64,000 nt of DNA from Candidatus Omnitrophota bacterium (GTDB taxonomy: Bacteria; Omnitrophota; Gorgyraeia; 2-01-FULL-45-10). The notes under the pieces are model-generated. The model saw only the letters and a program-made list of their open reading frames with translations, made no database searches and was not told the origin of the DNA. Position numbers and translations under genes: made by a program. Of the stretch, positions 25,965-36,744 are shown one piece after another (position 1 is the first letter of the stretch; every line of letters begins with the position of its first letter). The stretch spans positions 1,078-65,077 of the forward strand of contig PLNN01000024.1 of NCBI GenBank assembly GCA_003142795.1, in the 5' to 3' direction.

Positions 25965-28202
25965 ATGACGAACAGAACTACTCAATGGAAGGTTTTAGGG
26001 ATAATCGCCATTGCTGTCACGTGCGTGTGGTTGATATGGCCGCCGTTCGCTACCAAGGATAATGAAGGCAAGGTCGTCCAAAAAGGAAAGATAAATTTAG
26101 GTCTCGATCTTCAGGGCGGCATGCACATTGTATTGAAAGTCGATACAACCGGACTTTCTTCCGACGTTAAAAAGGACGCCCTGGACAGGGCCACTATTAT
26201 TATACGTAACAGGATAGATAAGCTCGGCGTCGGTGAAATGTCGATACTAAGGCAGGGCAAAGAACACATAATAATCCAGCTCCCCGGAGTTACAGACAGA
26301 GAAAGAGCCCTTTCCATTGTAAGCCAGGCCGCGCACCTCGAATTCAGGCTCGTTTCGGACAATGTCGAAGACCTGAAAAAGGCGATCGACAAACAGCCGG
26401 TCGAAGGGTACGAAATTAAATATATGGAGAACGGCCGCGCAGGCCGCGAACCGCTTCTTGTAGCAAAAGAGTCGCCTCTTGGCGGCGATACGATCGTCAA
26501 GGCGAAGACCGATTTCAGTTCCCGTGGTTTTGGTGAGCCGTATGTTTCGCTTACCTTTAACTCAAAGGGCGCCCAGGTTTTCGCCGATCTTACAGCGGCC
26601 AATATCGGCAAAAGGCTTGCCATAGTTCTCGACGGCAAGGTAGTATCCGCGCCGGTGATACGAAGCGCTATCCCGGGCGGCCAGGCGATGATAGAAGGCA
26701 ATTTTACCGTAGATGAGGCAAATGACTTATCCAATATCCTCGAGTCAGGCTCGCTTCCTGCGCCTGTATCCGTGGAAGAAGAGCGGACCGTCGGGCCGCT
26801 TCTTGGGGCAGATTCGATACGCGACGGTGTCCGTGCCGCGATAATAGGCACGTTACTTGTAATAGGTTTCATGATATTTTATTACAGGCTTGCCGGATTG
26901 GTTGCGAATTTTGCGCTGATCCTGAACGTCCTTATCATATTGGCGTGCCTTTCGTTATTTAAAGGGACACTGACATTGCCCGGCATAGCCGGTTTGATAT
27001 TGACTATAGGTATGTCTGTCGACGCGAACGTGCTTATTTATGAGAGGATACGCGAGGAACTGCATCTCGGGAAAAGCCTGCGCGCCGCGATAGCCTCCGG
27101 GTATCACAGGGCGTTGTCCGCTATTATAGACTCGAACCTTACTACAATAGTGGCAGCAGCTCTTATATTCAAATTCGGCACAGGCCCCATTAGAGGGTTT
27201 GCCGTTACATTAACGATAGGCCTTTTAGCCAACCTCTTTACCGCCGTTACGTGCACAAGGGTGATATTCGAACTGATGTGTGACCAGTTCGATCTCTCGA
27301 AACTTAACTTCATGCACATATTCAGCAAAGAGACGCATATCGATTTTATCGGCAAACGGCACATATGCTATGCAGCCTCGGCCATTTTGATCATAGCCGG
27401 TATAGTCCTCTTCGCGATGCGCGGCGAAAAGAATTTCGCCGTAGATTTTTCGGGTGGAACGTTGCAGCAATATATGTTTGATAAATCGGTCAAGATAGAT
27501 GACGTGCGAAAGGTTTTGAAGGATATAGGTTACGGGAATGCTTCGATCCAGCAATACGGTAATCCTAAAGAGATCATTATAAGGACTCAGGAGAATATCA
27601 GTACCAAGCTCAGTGAAACTTTCAGAAAAGAGATGAAGGATAACGCCTTCCAGATCCTGCGAGTGGAGAGCGTGGGCCCGGCAGTCGGAAAGAACTTACG
27701 GCAGAACGCGTTGCTTTGCCTCTTCCTGGGTTTGGCCGGTATCACTATTTATGTAATGTTCAGGTTCGATATAAAATACGGTATAGCGGGCGTCATAGCT
27801 CTTATACATGACGTGTTTGTAGCGATAGGCGCAATGGCGCTGACGCACAGGCAGTTCGATCTTACTATAGTGGCGGCGCTTTTGACTATTGCCGGCTACT
27901 CCATTAACGATACGGTAGTCATCTATGACAGGATAAGAGAAAACCTGAGGATCGTCAAGAAAGGCAGTTTTAGCGACATTGTGAATTTGAGCGTTAACCA
28001 GATGCTTGGCAGGACTATTCTGACTACAGGCATTACGATGCTTGCCGTAGTAGCCCTGCTTGTCTGGGGCGGGGAAGTGCTGAATGATTTCTCGTTCTGT
28101 ATATTTGTCGGTTTTCTGACAGGAGTCTATTCTACTGTTTACATCGCAAGCCCAATGGTAATATCCTGGCATAGGAAGAGAGTAGTGCTGAAGACCAAAT
28201 AA
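25965..28202 (+). CDS. secDF: Fused SecD/SecF translocase subunit
   Basis: LGLDLQGG, VDANVLIYERIREE, DFSGG, GYSINDTVVIYDRIRE. Confidence 0.95.
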   Translation: MTNRTTQWKVLGIIAIAVTCVWLIWPPFATKDNEGKVVQKGKINLGLDLQGGMHIVLKVDTTGLSSDVKKDALDRATIIIRNRIDKLGVGEMSILRQGKEHIIIQLPGVTDRERALSIVSQAAHLEFRLVSDNVEDLKKAIDKQPVEGYEIKYMENGRAGREPLLVAKESPLGGDTIVKAKTDFSSRGFGEPYVSLTFNSKGAQVFADLTAANIGKRLAIVLDGKVVSAPVIRSAIPGGQAMIEGNFTVDEANDLSNILESGSLPAPVSVEEERTVGPLLGADSIRDGVRAAIIGTLLVIGFMIFYYRLAGLVANFALILNVLIILACLSLFKGTLTLPGIAGLILTIGMSVDANVLIYERIREELHLGKSLRAAIASGYHRALSAIIDSNLTTIVAAALIFKFGTGPIRGFAVTLTIGLLANLFTAVTCTRVIFELMCDQFDLSKLNFMHIFSKETHIDFIGKRHICYAASAILIIAGIVLFAMRGEKNFAVDFSGGTLQQYMFDKSVKIDDVRKVLKDIGYGNASIQQYGNPKEIIIRTQENISTKLSETFRKEMKDNAFQILRVESVGPAVGKNLRQNALLCLFLGLAGITIYVMFRFDIKYGIAGVIALIHDVFVAIGAMALTHRQFDLTIVAALLTIAGYSINDTVVIYDRIRENLRIVKKGSFSDIVNLSVNQMLGRTILTTGITMLAVVALLVWGGEVLNDFSFCIFVGFLTGVYSTVYIASPMVISWHRKRVVLKTK

Positions 28203-28216
28203 GGATTTAATCGAAT

Positions 28217-29104
28217 ATGCAAGACCCGACAAAGACACATTATAACCGTATACGCTGGGTCCTGATCTTTATCCTGGTGCTGAACTGGGGTGTTTCCGCG
28301 GCAAAGATGATCATTGGCTATCTGACCCGATGCGAAAGTATGATAGCCGACGGATTTCACTCGCTTTCCGACGGCGCTTCCAACATAATAGGCCTGATAG
28401 GTATAGCCCTCTCTTCTAAGCCTGTAGATGCCGACCACCCTTACGGCCACAGGAAATATGAAACGTTCTTTTCGCTGGGCATAGCAGTTCTTCTTTTTAT
28501 CCTTGCTATCAACCTGATAAGGGAAGGGTTCGACCATCTCTTTCATCCGGCCGCTCCGCAAGCCGACATGTGGAGTTTTAGCGTCATGATAATAACCATC
28601 GGCGTTAATATGTGGGTGATGAACTATGAATACAAAAAGGGGAAGTTCTTAAAAAGCGATTTTCTCATAGCGGATTCGATGCATACCAAGGCGGACATAT
28701 TCACTTCGCTGTCGGTTATAATCGCGCTCGTCTCGATAAAACTGGGTTTTCCTATCATCGATCCTATCGTTACAATGGTTATTTCCTTATTTATCGGTTA
28801 CGCCGGCATGGAGATCGTAAAAGACGCATCAAAGGTATTATGCGACACGGTTGCGATCATGGATATCAATAAGATCTCGACTGTGGTATTGACTGTTAAA
28901 GGGGTTAAGACGTGTCATAAGATAAGGACGCGCGGCAGGCCGGATGACATATGCGTCGACCTGCATGTCCAGGTAGATTCCGCAATGCATGTCGACGAAG
29001 CTCATAAGATATCTTTTGCCATTGAAGACGCGCTTAAGAAAAATATCCCGGAAGTGTCCGATGTCCTTGTTCACATAGAACCCAAAAAAGACAGGAAGGA
29101 ATAA
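28217..29104 (+). CDS. Cation diffusion facilitator (FieF-like)
   Basis: ADGFHSLSD, DADHPYGHRKYE, HTKAD, VLVHIEP. Confidence 0.92.
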   Translation: MQDPTKTHYNRIRWVLIFILVLNWGVSAAKMIIGYLTRCESMIADGFHSLSDGASNIIGLIGIALSSKPVDADHPYGHRKYETFFSLGIAVLLFILAINLIREGFDHLFHPAAPQADMWSFSVMIITIGVNMWVMNYEYKKGKFLKSDFLIADSMHTKADIFTSLSVIIALVSIKLGFPIIDPIVTMVISLFIGYAGMEIVKDASKVLCDTVAIMDINKISTVVLTVKGVKTCHKIRTRGRPDDICVDLHVQVDSAMHVDEAHKISFAIEDALKKNIPEVSDVLVHIEPKKDRKE

Positions 29105-29114
29105 CAGCGAGCCT

Positions 29115-30797
29115 ATGAGAAAAATATGGAAAGTAAAAGATTCGGATCCCGCCACAAGGGACAATCTTGCGTCCTCGCTCAACATATCTAAAGTCACTGC
29201 CCAGCTTTTATTGAACCGCGGCGTCGGAACGTCCGAAGAGGCGGCCGATTTCCTCAAATGTTCTCTTTCGTCCTGCCACGATCCGTTCCTTTTTAAGGAT
29301 ATGGATAAGGCCGTTTCCAGGATCAAGAACGCGATGGCTGACGGTGAGAGGATGCTGGTTTACGGCGATTATGATGTTGACGGCATGACGGGAGTCGCGC
29401 TTCTTTATTCGGCGCTCAATAACGTGGGCGCGCACGTATCGACCTATATCCCGAACCGGCTTGAAGAGGGGTACGGGCTGAATATGAAGGCCATAAAGAA
29501 CGCGCATAAAGACGGCATTAGTTTAATAATCACGGTCGATTGCGGGATAACCTCTTTTCAAGAGGTGGAGTATGCCTGCTCTTTGGGCATAGACGTTATT
29601 GTTACAGACCACCATGAAGTCCTGGAATCGCGGGTCCCTCCGGCGGTTGCAGTAATAAATCCTCTGCAGCCGGATTGTAAGTATCCTTTTAAGCACCTGG
29701 CCGGCGTGGGCCTGGCATACAAGCTTGCCAAGGCTCTTTATGAAGACACGCCGTTCTTTGCCGAAGATTTTCTCGATCTCGTGGGCTTGGGGACAGTAGC
29801 GGATATCGCGCCGATAGTGGGCGAGAACAGGATACTGACAAAACACGGGTTGACAGAGCTTAATACGCGCGGCCGCGTCGGGTTAAAAGCGCTGATGGAT
29901 GTCGCGGGCCTGGAAGGTAAAGATATATCGAGCACCCATATAGGGTTTATGCTAGGTCCAAGGATAAACGCGATGGGCAGGACCGGTTCCCCGCAGAAAG
30001 CGCTAGAACTTTTATTGAGCAAAGATCCCCTGGAGGCTGCAAAACTGGCAAAGATGCTCGATGCCGAGAACAAGAACAGGCAAAAGATAGAAGCGCGCAT
30101 CCTGGAAGAAGCTCTTTCTAAGGTTGAACGCGAGGTCAATTTCAAACACCACAGAGTAATAGTGCTTGCGAGCGAGAACTGGCATCCCGGGGTCATAGGG
30201 ATAGTCGCCTCGAGGATCGCCGACAGGTTCTATCGTCCCGCGATACTCATTTCACTGGACGGTAAATTGGGTAAAGGCTCCGGCCGCAGTATAGAGAATT
30301 TCCATTTATTCGAATATTTATTGAGGTGCAAGGATATTCTTACCGGCTTCGGGGGGCATGAATCCGCCTGCGGTGTGACTATCGAAAAGGACAGGATAGA
30401 TGAATTCAGGGATAAAATAAATGAAGAAGCTGCAAAGGACGCAGTGGAAACCATATTCAATCCGAAGCTCGATATCGATATGGATATCGAGCTTAACATG
30501 CTGAGTCAGGATGTGATCAGGGAGATCGAAAGTCTCGCTCCGTTCGGCGCCGACAATCCCAGGCCGGTACTTTCATCGCGTAACCTGATCATGAAAGACG
30601 GGCCGCGCCAGATAGGGAAGAGCGGATTCAAAATATGGGTTACCGATAATAAAATTACATGCGAGGCCGTGAGTTTCAGTAAGGGCAATCTCGACGTTCC
30701 AAATGCAGGATCGAATCTCAATCTTGCCTATATTCCGTCGATAAATGACTGGCAGGGCGTCCAATCCATACAGCTCGAGCTAAAAGACATACAATAA
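29115..30797 (+). CDS. recJ: ssDNA exonuclease RecJ
   Basis: YGDYDVDG, TVDCG, TDHH, GSGRS, GGH. Confidence 0.96.
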   Translation: MRKIWKVKDSDPATRDNLASSLNISKVTAQLLLNRGVGTSEEAADFLKCSLSSCHDPFLFKDMDKAVSRIKNAMADGERMLVYGDYDVDGMTGVALLYSALNNVGAHVSTYIPNRLEEGYGLNMKAIKNAHKDGISLIITVDCGITSFQEVEYACSLGIDVIVTDHHEVLESRVPPAVAVINPLQPDCKYPFKHLAGVGLAYKLAKALYEDTPFFAEDFLDLVGLGTVADIAPIVGENRILTKHGLTELNTRGRVGLKALMDVAGLEGKDISSTHIGFMLGPRINAMGRTGSPQKALELLLSKDPLEAAKLAKMLDAENKNRQKIEARILEEALSKVEREVNFKHHRVIVLASENWHPGVIGIVASRIADRFYRPAILISLDGKLGKGSGRSIENFHLFEYLLRCKDILTGFGGHESACGVTIEKDRIDEFRDKINEEAAKDAVETIFNPKLDIDMDIELNMLSQDVIREIESLAPFGADNPRPVLSSRNLIMKDGPRQIGKSGFKIWVTDNKITCEAVSFSKGNLDVPNAGSNLNLAYIPSINDWQGVQSIQLELKDIQ

Positions 30798-30799
30798 TA

Positions 30800-31900
30800 A
30801 TGAAAAGATGCGCGTCTGTCGTACTCACCCTGTTGATATTGATGAGTCTCCAGGGTTATTGTGCCGCGCAGGAAAAAGAAAAGGCAGTCCCGCGCGTCGC
30901 GAGTTTCTGGCAGAAGCTGAAAGATAATGTAGTTCACTGCGAACTTTGCCCGCGCAGCTGCGTCATAAAGCCCGGCCAACGGGGTTTTTGCACGGCGCGC
31001 ATCAATAAAGACGGGATCCTCTATACTTTAGGTTACGCCAACCCCATAGCCGTTAACATCGACCCCATCGAAAAGAAACCCTTTTTCCACGTCCTGCCCG
31101 GAACGAACGCTTTTTCCATCGCTGTGGCCGGCTGCAACATGCGCTGTCTTTTTTGCCAGAACTGGCAGATATCCCAGGCAAAGCCCGATGAGGCCGCCTC
31201 TTACGACCTGCCGCCTCAGGCAGCGGTCGATCAGGCCGCTAAAAATAACTGTCCCTTCATCGTATATACCTACACCGAACCGACCATATTTTACGAATAT
31301 ATGCTTGATATCTCAAAACTGGCCAGGGCAAAAGGCCTCAGGAACGGCATGCATACATGTGGTTATGTAAACCAGGAGCCATTGAAAGAGTTGTTAAAAT
31401 ATATGGATGCCGTCAATGTCGATCTTAAGGGCTTCAATCCGGGATTTTATAAAAAGATGGGGTCGATGGCGGAGATAACCCCGGTCCTCGAAACGATAAA
31501 GACCATAAAGAAGGTTGGGGTATGGCTCGAGCTTACAAACCTGATCATACCCGGCCAGAATGACGATCCGAAAGAGATCCGCAGGATGTGCGAGTGGATA
31601 AAGGAAAATATCGGCGATGAAGTGCCGCTCCACTTCAGCCGATTTATGCCTTCTTTCCAGCTGCAGAACCTTCCGCCCACCCCCGTTGAAAAACTTGAGG
31701 AAGCGTATCGCATAGCTAAAGATGTGGGGCTTAAATACGTATATATAGGGAACGTTCCGGGGCATCCGCAGGAAAATACTTATTGCCCGAACTGTAAAAA
31801 GATCGTAGTCGGGAGGATAGGATATGAGATCCTTGAAAATAATATAAAAGACGGCAAATGTAAATTCTGCGGCAAAAAAATCGCCGGCATATGGAAGTAA
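30800..31900 (+). CDS. amrS: AmmeMemoRadiSam system radical SAM enzyme with N-terminal signal-like peptide
   Basis: CELCPRSC, DPIEKKP, GCNMRCLFCQNW (CxxxCxxC), YTYTEP, YVYIGNV. Confidence 0.9.
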   Translation: MKRCASVVLTLLILMSLQGYCAAQEKEKAVPRVASFWQKLKDNVVHCELCPRSCVIKPGQRGFCTARINKDGILYTLGYANPIAVNIDPIEKKPFFHVLPGTNAFSIAVAGCNMRCLFCQNWQISQAKPDEAASYDLPPQAAVDQAAKNNCPFIVYTYTEPTIFYEYMLDISKLARAKGLRNGMHTCGYVNQEPLKELLKYMDAVNVDLKGFNPGFYKKMGSMAEITPVLETIKTIKKVGVWLELTNLIIPGQNDDPKEIRRMCEWIKENIGDEVPLHFSRFMPSFQLQNLPPTPVEKLEEAYRIAKDVGLKYVYIGNVPGHPQENTYCPNCKKIVVGRIGYEILENNIKDGKCKFCGKKIAGIWK

Positions 31901-31906
31901 TCGGTA

Positions 31907-32566
31907 ATGCTTAATGCTCTCATAACTCATCTGCAGCTCTTCGGAATAGGATTCAGTCTCGGGATAGCGGGACCCTGCCTTTTAGTCTGCACGCCGGCGC
32001 TTCTTGCGTATACCTCCGGCACGAAAAGAAGGTGGAGCGGGGTATTGGGTGACGTACTTACCTTTTTATCAGGCAGGCTCGCGGCATATATTTGCCTTGG
32101 TTTTCTAGCCGGTTTATCCGCGCTCGTGCTCAGGCGATTCATTAATTCAGGGTTGATATCATTTTTCAAACCGGCAGCCGGCATATTTACCATTATTTTA
32201 GGCGTCCTGGTTTTTGTTTATAAAGATACTGACACCTGCGAATGCCGCTCAAACGGGAAAAGAATATACAATTTCGGCGGCCTATTCGTTTTTGGATTTC
32301 TTATCGGAATAACGCCGTGCGCTCCTCTTACGGCGCTTCTTTTCGAGATAGTCCTGATCTCGAAAAATGGCCTGGAAGGAGCGTCTTACGCCTTATCATT
32401 CGGACTGGGCACGGCCCTTTCAGGGCTTATTGTTTTGGGCCTTTTGGGAGGCGCATTGGCCCGGCTTCCTGTCAACGTATTGAAATCAAATACTGCCAGG
32501 ATTGTCTTTAAATGGATATGTTCTATATTCCTTATCTCAATGGGCCTGGTCCTGATAATATTATGA
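31907..32566 (+). CDS. DsbD_2/TauE-like membrane protein
   Basis: GPCLLVC, GRLAAY, GITPCAP, FGLGT; about 6 TM. Confidence 0.8.
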   Translation: MLNALITHLQLFGIGFSLGIAGPCLLVCTPALLAYTSGTKRRWSGVLGDVLTFLSGRLAAYICLGFLAGLSALVLRRFINSGLISFFKPAAGIFTIILGVLVFVYKDTDTCECRSNGKRIYNFGGLFVFGFLIGITPCAPLTALLFEIVLISKNGLEGASYALSFGLGTALSGLIVLGLLGGALARLPVNVLKSNTARIVFKWICSIFLISMGLVLIIL

Positions 32567-34839
32567 AAAAGACAATACCATTTTCCATATTCCTGATCGG
32601 CTTTACGGCTATGGCCATCCAGATCATTTTCATGCGGGAATTTTTGACGGTCTTTTACGGTAATGAGCTATCGGTTAGTTTCATCCTGGCGAACTGGCTT
32701 CTCGGCGGCGCTATCGGCAGCTTTATTTTAGGGAGGTCGAGCGACAGGATACGCGATAAAATAGCGGTTTTTTCACTATGCCAGATGACCCTGGCATGCC
32801 TTTTGCCCGCAGGCGTCATCGCAATAAGGCTTATAAAAAATACCCTCAACATCAGTCCGGGCGAGATAATACCTTTTTTCCCGATGTTGGCATCAAGTTT
32901 CATTATACTGGCGCCCATTTGCATGATATTGGGTTTTATGTTTTCCCTCGCATGCCGTATGTATGAATCCAGATCCCGCCTGGGCGCAATAACTATAGGT
33001 AAGGTCTATATCCTCGAATCTGTCGGGGCTATTGCCGGAGGGGCCCTTACGAGTTTCATTTTAATAAGATCATTCGGCTCCATCCATATCAGCGCAGCAC
33101 TTTGCCTGTTGAATGTCATCTTTTCCATGCTGATCTTGTCTAAAGATAATGCCGCTCATCAGAGACTGCTGAATGTCATAACATTTATTTTGGCGATCAT
33201 TGCGGCCATGTGGGTATTCAACGGCTGGGGCAGTATTGAGAAGCATTCGCTTGAAAAAGAATGGAAAGGATATCAGTTACTCGCTTCGAATAATTCTATA
33301 TACGGGAATATAGCCGTAACCAAGAGAGGCACCCAGGTGTCTTTTTTCGATAACGGCCTTCATCTTTACACGGTTCCCGATGAGCTTGTTTCAGAGGAGA
33401 GCGTCCATTTCGCGCTGCTTGAACATCCGCATCCGCGAAAAGTGCTTTTAGTGGGCGGCGGCGCCGGCGGATTGGTCGAAGAGATCGTTAAACATCCTGT
33501 CGAAAAAGTCGATTATGTGGAGCTTGACCCCCTCATCATAAAGATGGCCAGGCAATATCTCCCGTGGGCCCGCTTCATGCCACTGGAGGATAAGAGGGTG
33601 TCGATAATTAACGGGGACGGCCGCTATTTCATAAAGAGCACTGACCAAAAATACGACTGCGTCATAATCGCTTTGGGGGATCCCTGCACGGCGCAATTGA
33701 ACAGGTTCTACACCGTGGAATTCTTTAAAGATGTTTCGCGCGTCCTTAATAAGAACGGCATAATATCGTTCGGTGTGACGTCTTCGGAAAATTATATAGG
33801 CCGGGAACTGAATGATTTTCTGAGTTCGCTCTATGCTACACTAAGGAAAAGTTACGCCGATATTTTGATCATCCCGGGCGATACGGCATATTTTTTGGGG
33901 TCGGGCACCAGAGGAGCGCTGACCTATGATTATAAAGTGCTCATGGAACGGGCGCGGAAAAGGGGGCTTAAGCTCCAATATGTGCGCGAATATTATCTAT
34001 TCTCTAAGCTATCCCCGCAAAAGACATCATACATCGAAAAAACGATAATAAAAAGTGCCGGCATTAAGGCGAATTATGATTTCAGGCCGATCTCATATTA
34101 TTATGATATTATTTTCTGGTCGAGCCGTTTCAGGGGGTCGTTGTTCAGCACGATATTGAAGGCTGCTACCGAAGCCCGGATATGGCTGGCGCTTATATTG
34201 GTTTGTATCTTTATATTTTTGTACGCACTCTTACGATCACGAAGGAGAGGCTTCGTGAGACGAATAGCTTTGATCGCGATCATGTCAGCCGGCTTCAGCT
34301 CCATTGCGTTCCAGGTACTGATACTGGTTTCATTCCAGATCCTCTACGGTTACCTGTTTTATAAACTGGGGATCATACTGACTTCCTTTATGGCGGGGCT
34401 TGCGCTCGGTGGTTTTGCAGTAATAAAAATAATGCCAGGATTAAAAAAAGACAAACTGGCGTTTGCCGTTACCCAATGCGCAGTGTGTCTCTATCCGCTT
34501 ATCCTGCCCGTCATCTTATGGATGCTGGCGGGCTCAGGATCTAAGGCGATATTATGGCTTGGCTCGAATGTGGTTTTTATTCTTTTGCCGGCAATATCGG
34601 GTTTTATAGGAGGCTTCCAATTCCCGCTTGCGAATAAGATATACCTCGGGAAGAGGGAAGAGGTAGGCAGGATAGCCGGTTTAAGTTACGGGGTGGATCT
34701 TTTTGGCTCGTGTCTCGGAGCGCTTCTGACAGGAGCTGTCTTCGTCCCGGTCCTCGGGATACCTAAAACATGCCTGGCGATATCGCTTGTAAGCTTCGCG
34801 ATCCTCTTTGCTATGGCCTTTCAAAAAAAATCCGTTTAG
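32563..34839 (+). CDS. Membrane-fused spermidine synthase-like protein
   Basis: TM blocks flanking VLLVGGGAGG...VELDP...DGR...YDCVI SAM-binding domain. Confidence 0.85.
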   Translation: MKKTIPFSIFLIGFTAMAIQIIFMREFLTVFYGNELSVSFILANWLLGGAIGSFILGRSSDRIRDKIAVFSLCQMTLACLLPAGVIAIRLIKNTLNISPGEIIPFFPMLASSFIILAPICMILGFMFSLACRMYESRSRLGAITIGKVYILESVGAIAGGALTSFILIRSFGSIHISAALCLLNVIFSMLILSKDNAAHQRLLNVITFILAIIAAMWVFNGWGSIEKHSLEKEWKGYQLLASNNSIYGNIAVTKRGTQVSFFDNGLHLYTVPDELVSEESVHFALLEHPHPRKVLLVGGGAGGLVEEIVKHPVEKVDYVELDPLIIKMARQYLPWARFMPLEDKRVSIINGDGRYFIKSTDQKYDCVIIALGDPCTAQLNRFYTVEFFKDVSRVLNKNGIISFGVTSSENYIGRELNDFLSSLYATLRKSYADILIIPGDTAYFLGSGTRGALTYDYKVLMERARKRGLKLQYVREYYLFSKLSPQKTSYIEKTIIKSAGIKANYDFRPISYYYDIIFWSSRFRGSLFSTILKAATEARIWLALILVCIFIFLYALLRSRRRGFVRRIALIAIMSAGFSSIAFQVLILVSFQILYGYLFYKLGIILTSFMAGLALGGFAVIKIMPGLKKDKLAFAVTQCAVCLYPLILPVILWMLAGSGSKAILWLGSNVVFILLPAISGFIGGFQFPLANKIYLGKREEVGRIAGLSYGVDLFGSCLGALLTGAVFVPVLGIPKTCLAISLVSFAILFAMAFQKKSV

Positions 34840-34841
34840 AC

Positions 34842-34905
34842 TTGACAGGGATTCATTCTTGTGGTATATTTAACAGTGTTGATAGTTAACATAGTTAAAT
34901 ATCAA
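34842..34905 (+). promoter_or_regulatory. sigma70 promoter with probable MarR operator
   Basis: TTGACA-17 nt-TATATT; palindrome TTGATA-G-TTAAC-ATA-GTTAA-A-TATCAA (34879-34905). Confidence 0.75.
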
Positions 34906-34916
34906 GGAGGTTTAAT

Positions 34917-35372
34917 ATGAGTAACCTGTCTTTAGCGGCGTTTGCAGATAAGGTGGGAGAGCTCATGCCGGTGATCGCTCGGGAATTCATAAGGCACCAG
35001 TCCAAAGATTTTTATAAGACCAAGATAACACCGCCGCAGTTTATCGTCCTTGATATCCTGGGTAAGCATGAAGAGTGCAAGATGAGCGAGCTGGCGCGTT
35101 TTATCAATGTGACGACTGCCGCCATGACAGGAATAGTTGACCGGCTGGTACGGGATGGATATATCGCAAGGATCAATGACCCCAAAGACAGGCGGATCGT
35201 TAAGGTGAAATTGACCCCCAAAGGCCGTAATGCCGTGGATAAAATGAGCGAGCAGAGAAAGAAGATAGCGATGAAACTGTTCGAGCGGATATCGGAAAAA
35301 GAGCGCGAAGATTATCTCGGCATACTTACTCATATAAGCGAGCAAATTGTGGAGCCGCAAAAAGGGCGTTAA
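34917..35372 (+). CDS. MarR family transcriptional regulator
   Basis: ITPPQF..L, MSELA, MTGIVDRL, DRR...LT.KG. Confidence 0.93.
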   Translation: MSNLSLAAFADKVGELMPVIAREFIRHQSKDFYKTKITPPQFIVLDILGKHEECKMSELARFINVTTAAMTGIVDRLVRDGYIARINDPKDRRIVKVKLTPKGRNAVDKMSEQRKKIAMKLFERISEKEREDYLGILTHISEQIVEPQKGR

Positions 35373-35373
35373 G

Positions 35374-36744
35374 ATGAAACGGATAATCGTTATAATAGTC
35401 ATATTTACCTTTATCGCGGGGTGGCCGTATTACGCGGCGCCGGCAGATAATCCTGTGGCTCCTTTGTCTAAAGTTATACAGAATCGGTCCGGCTCGCCTG
35501 ATATCGATGTGCCGGAAACTGCGCCTTTAACGCTTTCCGACTGTTATGCTCTCGCGCTCAAACAAAGCGAGATCATTGCCATCGACGAGCAATTTATAAA
35601 GATTACGGAAGCGCATTTCCTGCAAGCCCTGTCTATCATGATGCCGAACGTCTCTTTTATTTCAAATGACATACAGCAGGCAAAAGCTAACGGCGGAGCA
35701 ACGGCTATAGCAGGTTCCGCCATATCGTCGACGAAAGATTCGCAAAGGCAGTTCAACGTTACGCAGACGCTTTTTAACGGGTTTAAGGCATTCGCGGCCC
35801 TAAAAGGAAGCAGGTTCGAACGCTATCAGCGTATAAATGAAAAGATACGCGCTGAGCAGCTGCTCCTGGTCGACGTTGCCAATGCATTTTATCTCCTGAA
35901 AGAGAAGAGGGAGGACCTGAAGGCACTTCAGAATATCAGGGTGGCCCTGAAAAACCGCATTAAAGAATTGCAGGGAAGAACAAATCTCGGAAGGTCGAGG
36001 CCGGCTGAAATAGTGAATGTGAAGGCACAGCTATACGGCGTTGAAGCAAATATCGAGCTTGTGAAGAGCCAGGAAGTATTGGCACGGGAACTTCTGGAAT
36101 TTTTGGTGGGAGGGTCTATCTATAGTACTGCCGACACTTACGACATCCCCGTGACTTTGCAGCCGGAGAGTTATTATGTGGCAAAATCGGACGCCCGGCC
36201 GGACGTGAAAGCAACTAAATTCGCGTGGGAACTGGCTAAAAAAGAGATCCAGATCGTAAACAGTGATTTTCTCCCTAATGCGTCCCTTGCGGCAAATTAT
36301 TATACCCAACGCACCGGCTTTGATAAAGGTATTAACTGGGACGCGACACTAACGATAACGGTCCCTATTTTTGACGGGGGCCTCACTATAGGCAGGTCTA
36401 ACGAAGCCATAGCTGTTGCGCGCCAGCAGGAACTTACTTATAGAAGGACAAGGCGCCTGGCGCCCTACGACATACGCGATTCATACATAAGCCTGAAAAC
36501 CGCCATTTCGGTATATAATGCGCTCAAAAAAGAATACTCAACCGCAAAACTTAACTATCATTTGCAGAAAAAAGATTACAAATTTAGCCTTGTCAACAAC
36601 CTGGATGTCCTTACCGCTATACAGACGTTGGAGAATGCCCAGAGAGATTCTATACATGCCTTGTATGAAGCAAAACGCCAGTATTGGCAGCTGCGCGTGT
36701 CTATCGGCGAGAGCATAACGGAGACCTTAAATGACATTATCTGA
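35374..36744 (+). CDS. TolC family outer membrane channel
   Basis: Signal peptide; LTLSDCYALAL, QTLFNG, RPDV, VPIFDGG. Confidence 0.88.
   Translation: MKRIIVIIVIFTFIAGWPYYAAPADNPVAPLSKVIQNRSGSPDIDVPETAPLTLSDCYALALKQSEIIAIDEQFIKITEAHFLQALSIMMPNVSFISNDIQQAKANGGATAIAGSAISSTKDSQRQFNVTQTLFNGFKAFAALKGSRFERYQRINEKIRAEQLLLVDVANAFYLLKEKREDLKALQNIRVALKNRIKELQGRTNLGRSRPAEIVNVKAQLYGVEANIELVKSQEVLARELLEFLVGGSIYSTADTYDIPVTLQPESYYVAKSDARPDVKATKFAWELAKKEIQIVNSDFLPNASLAANYYTQRTGFDKGINWDATLTITVPIFDGGLTIGRSNEAIAVARQQELTYRRTRRLAPYDIRDSYISLKTAISVYNALKKEYSTAKLNYHLQKKDYKFSLVNNLDVLTAIQTLENAQRDSIHALYEAKRQYWQLRVSIGESITETLNDII

Noticed and set aside
26111-26872. Long antisense ORFs over secDF and other housekeeping genes
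   Set aside because: Expected shadows of codon bias on the opposite strand.
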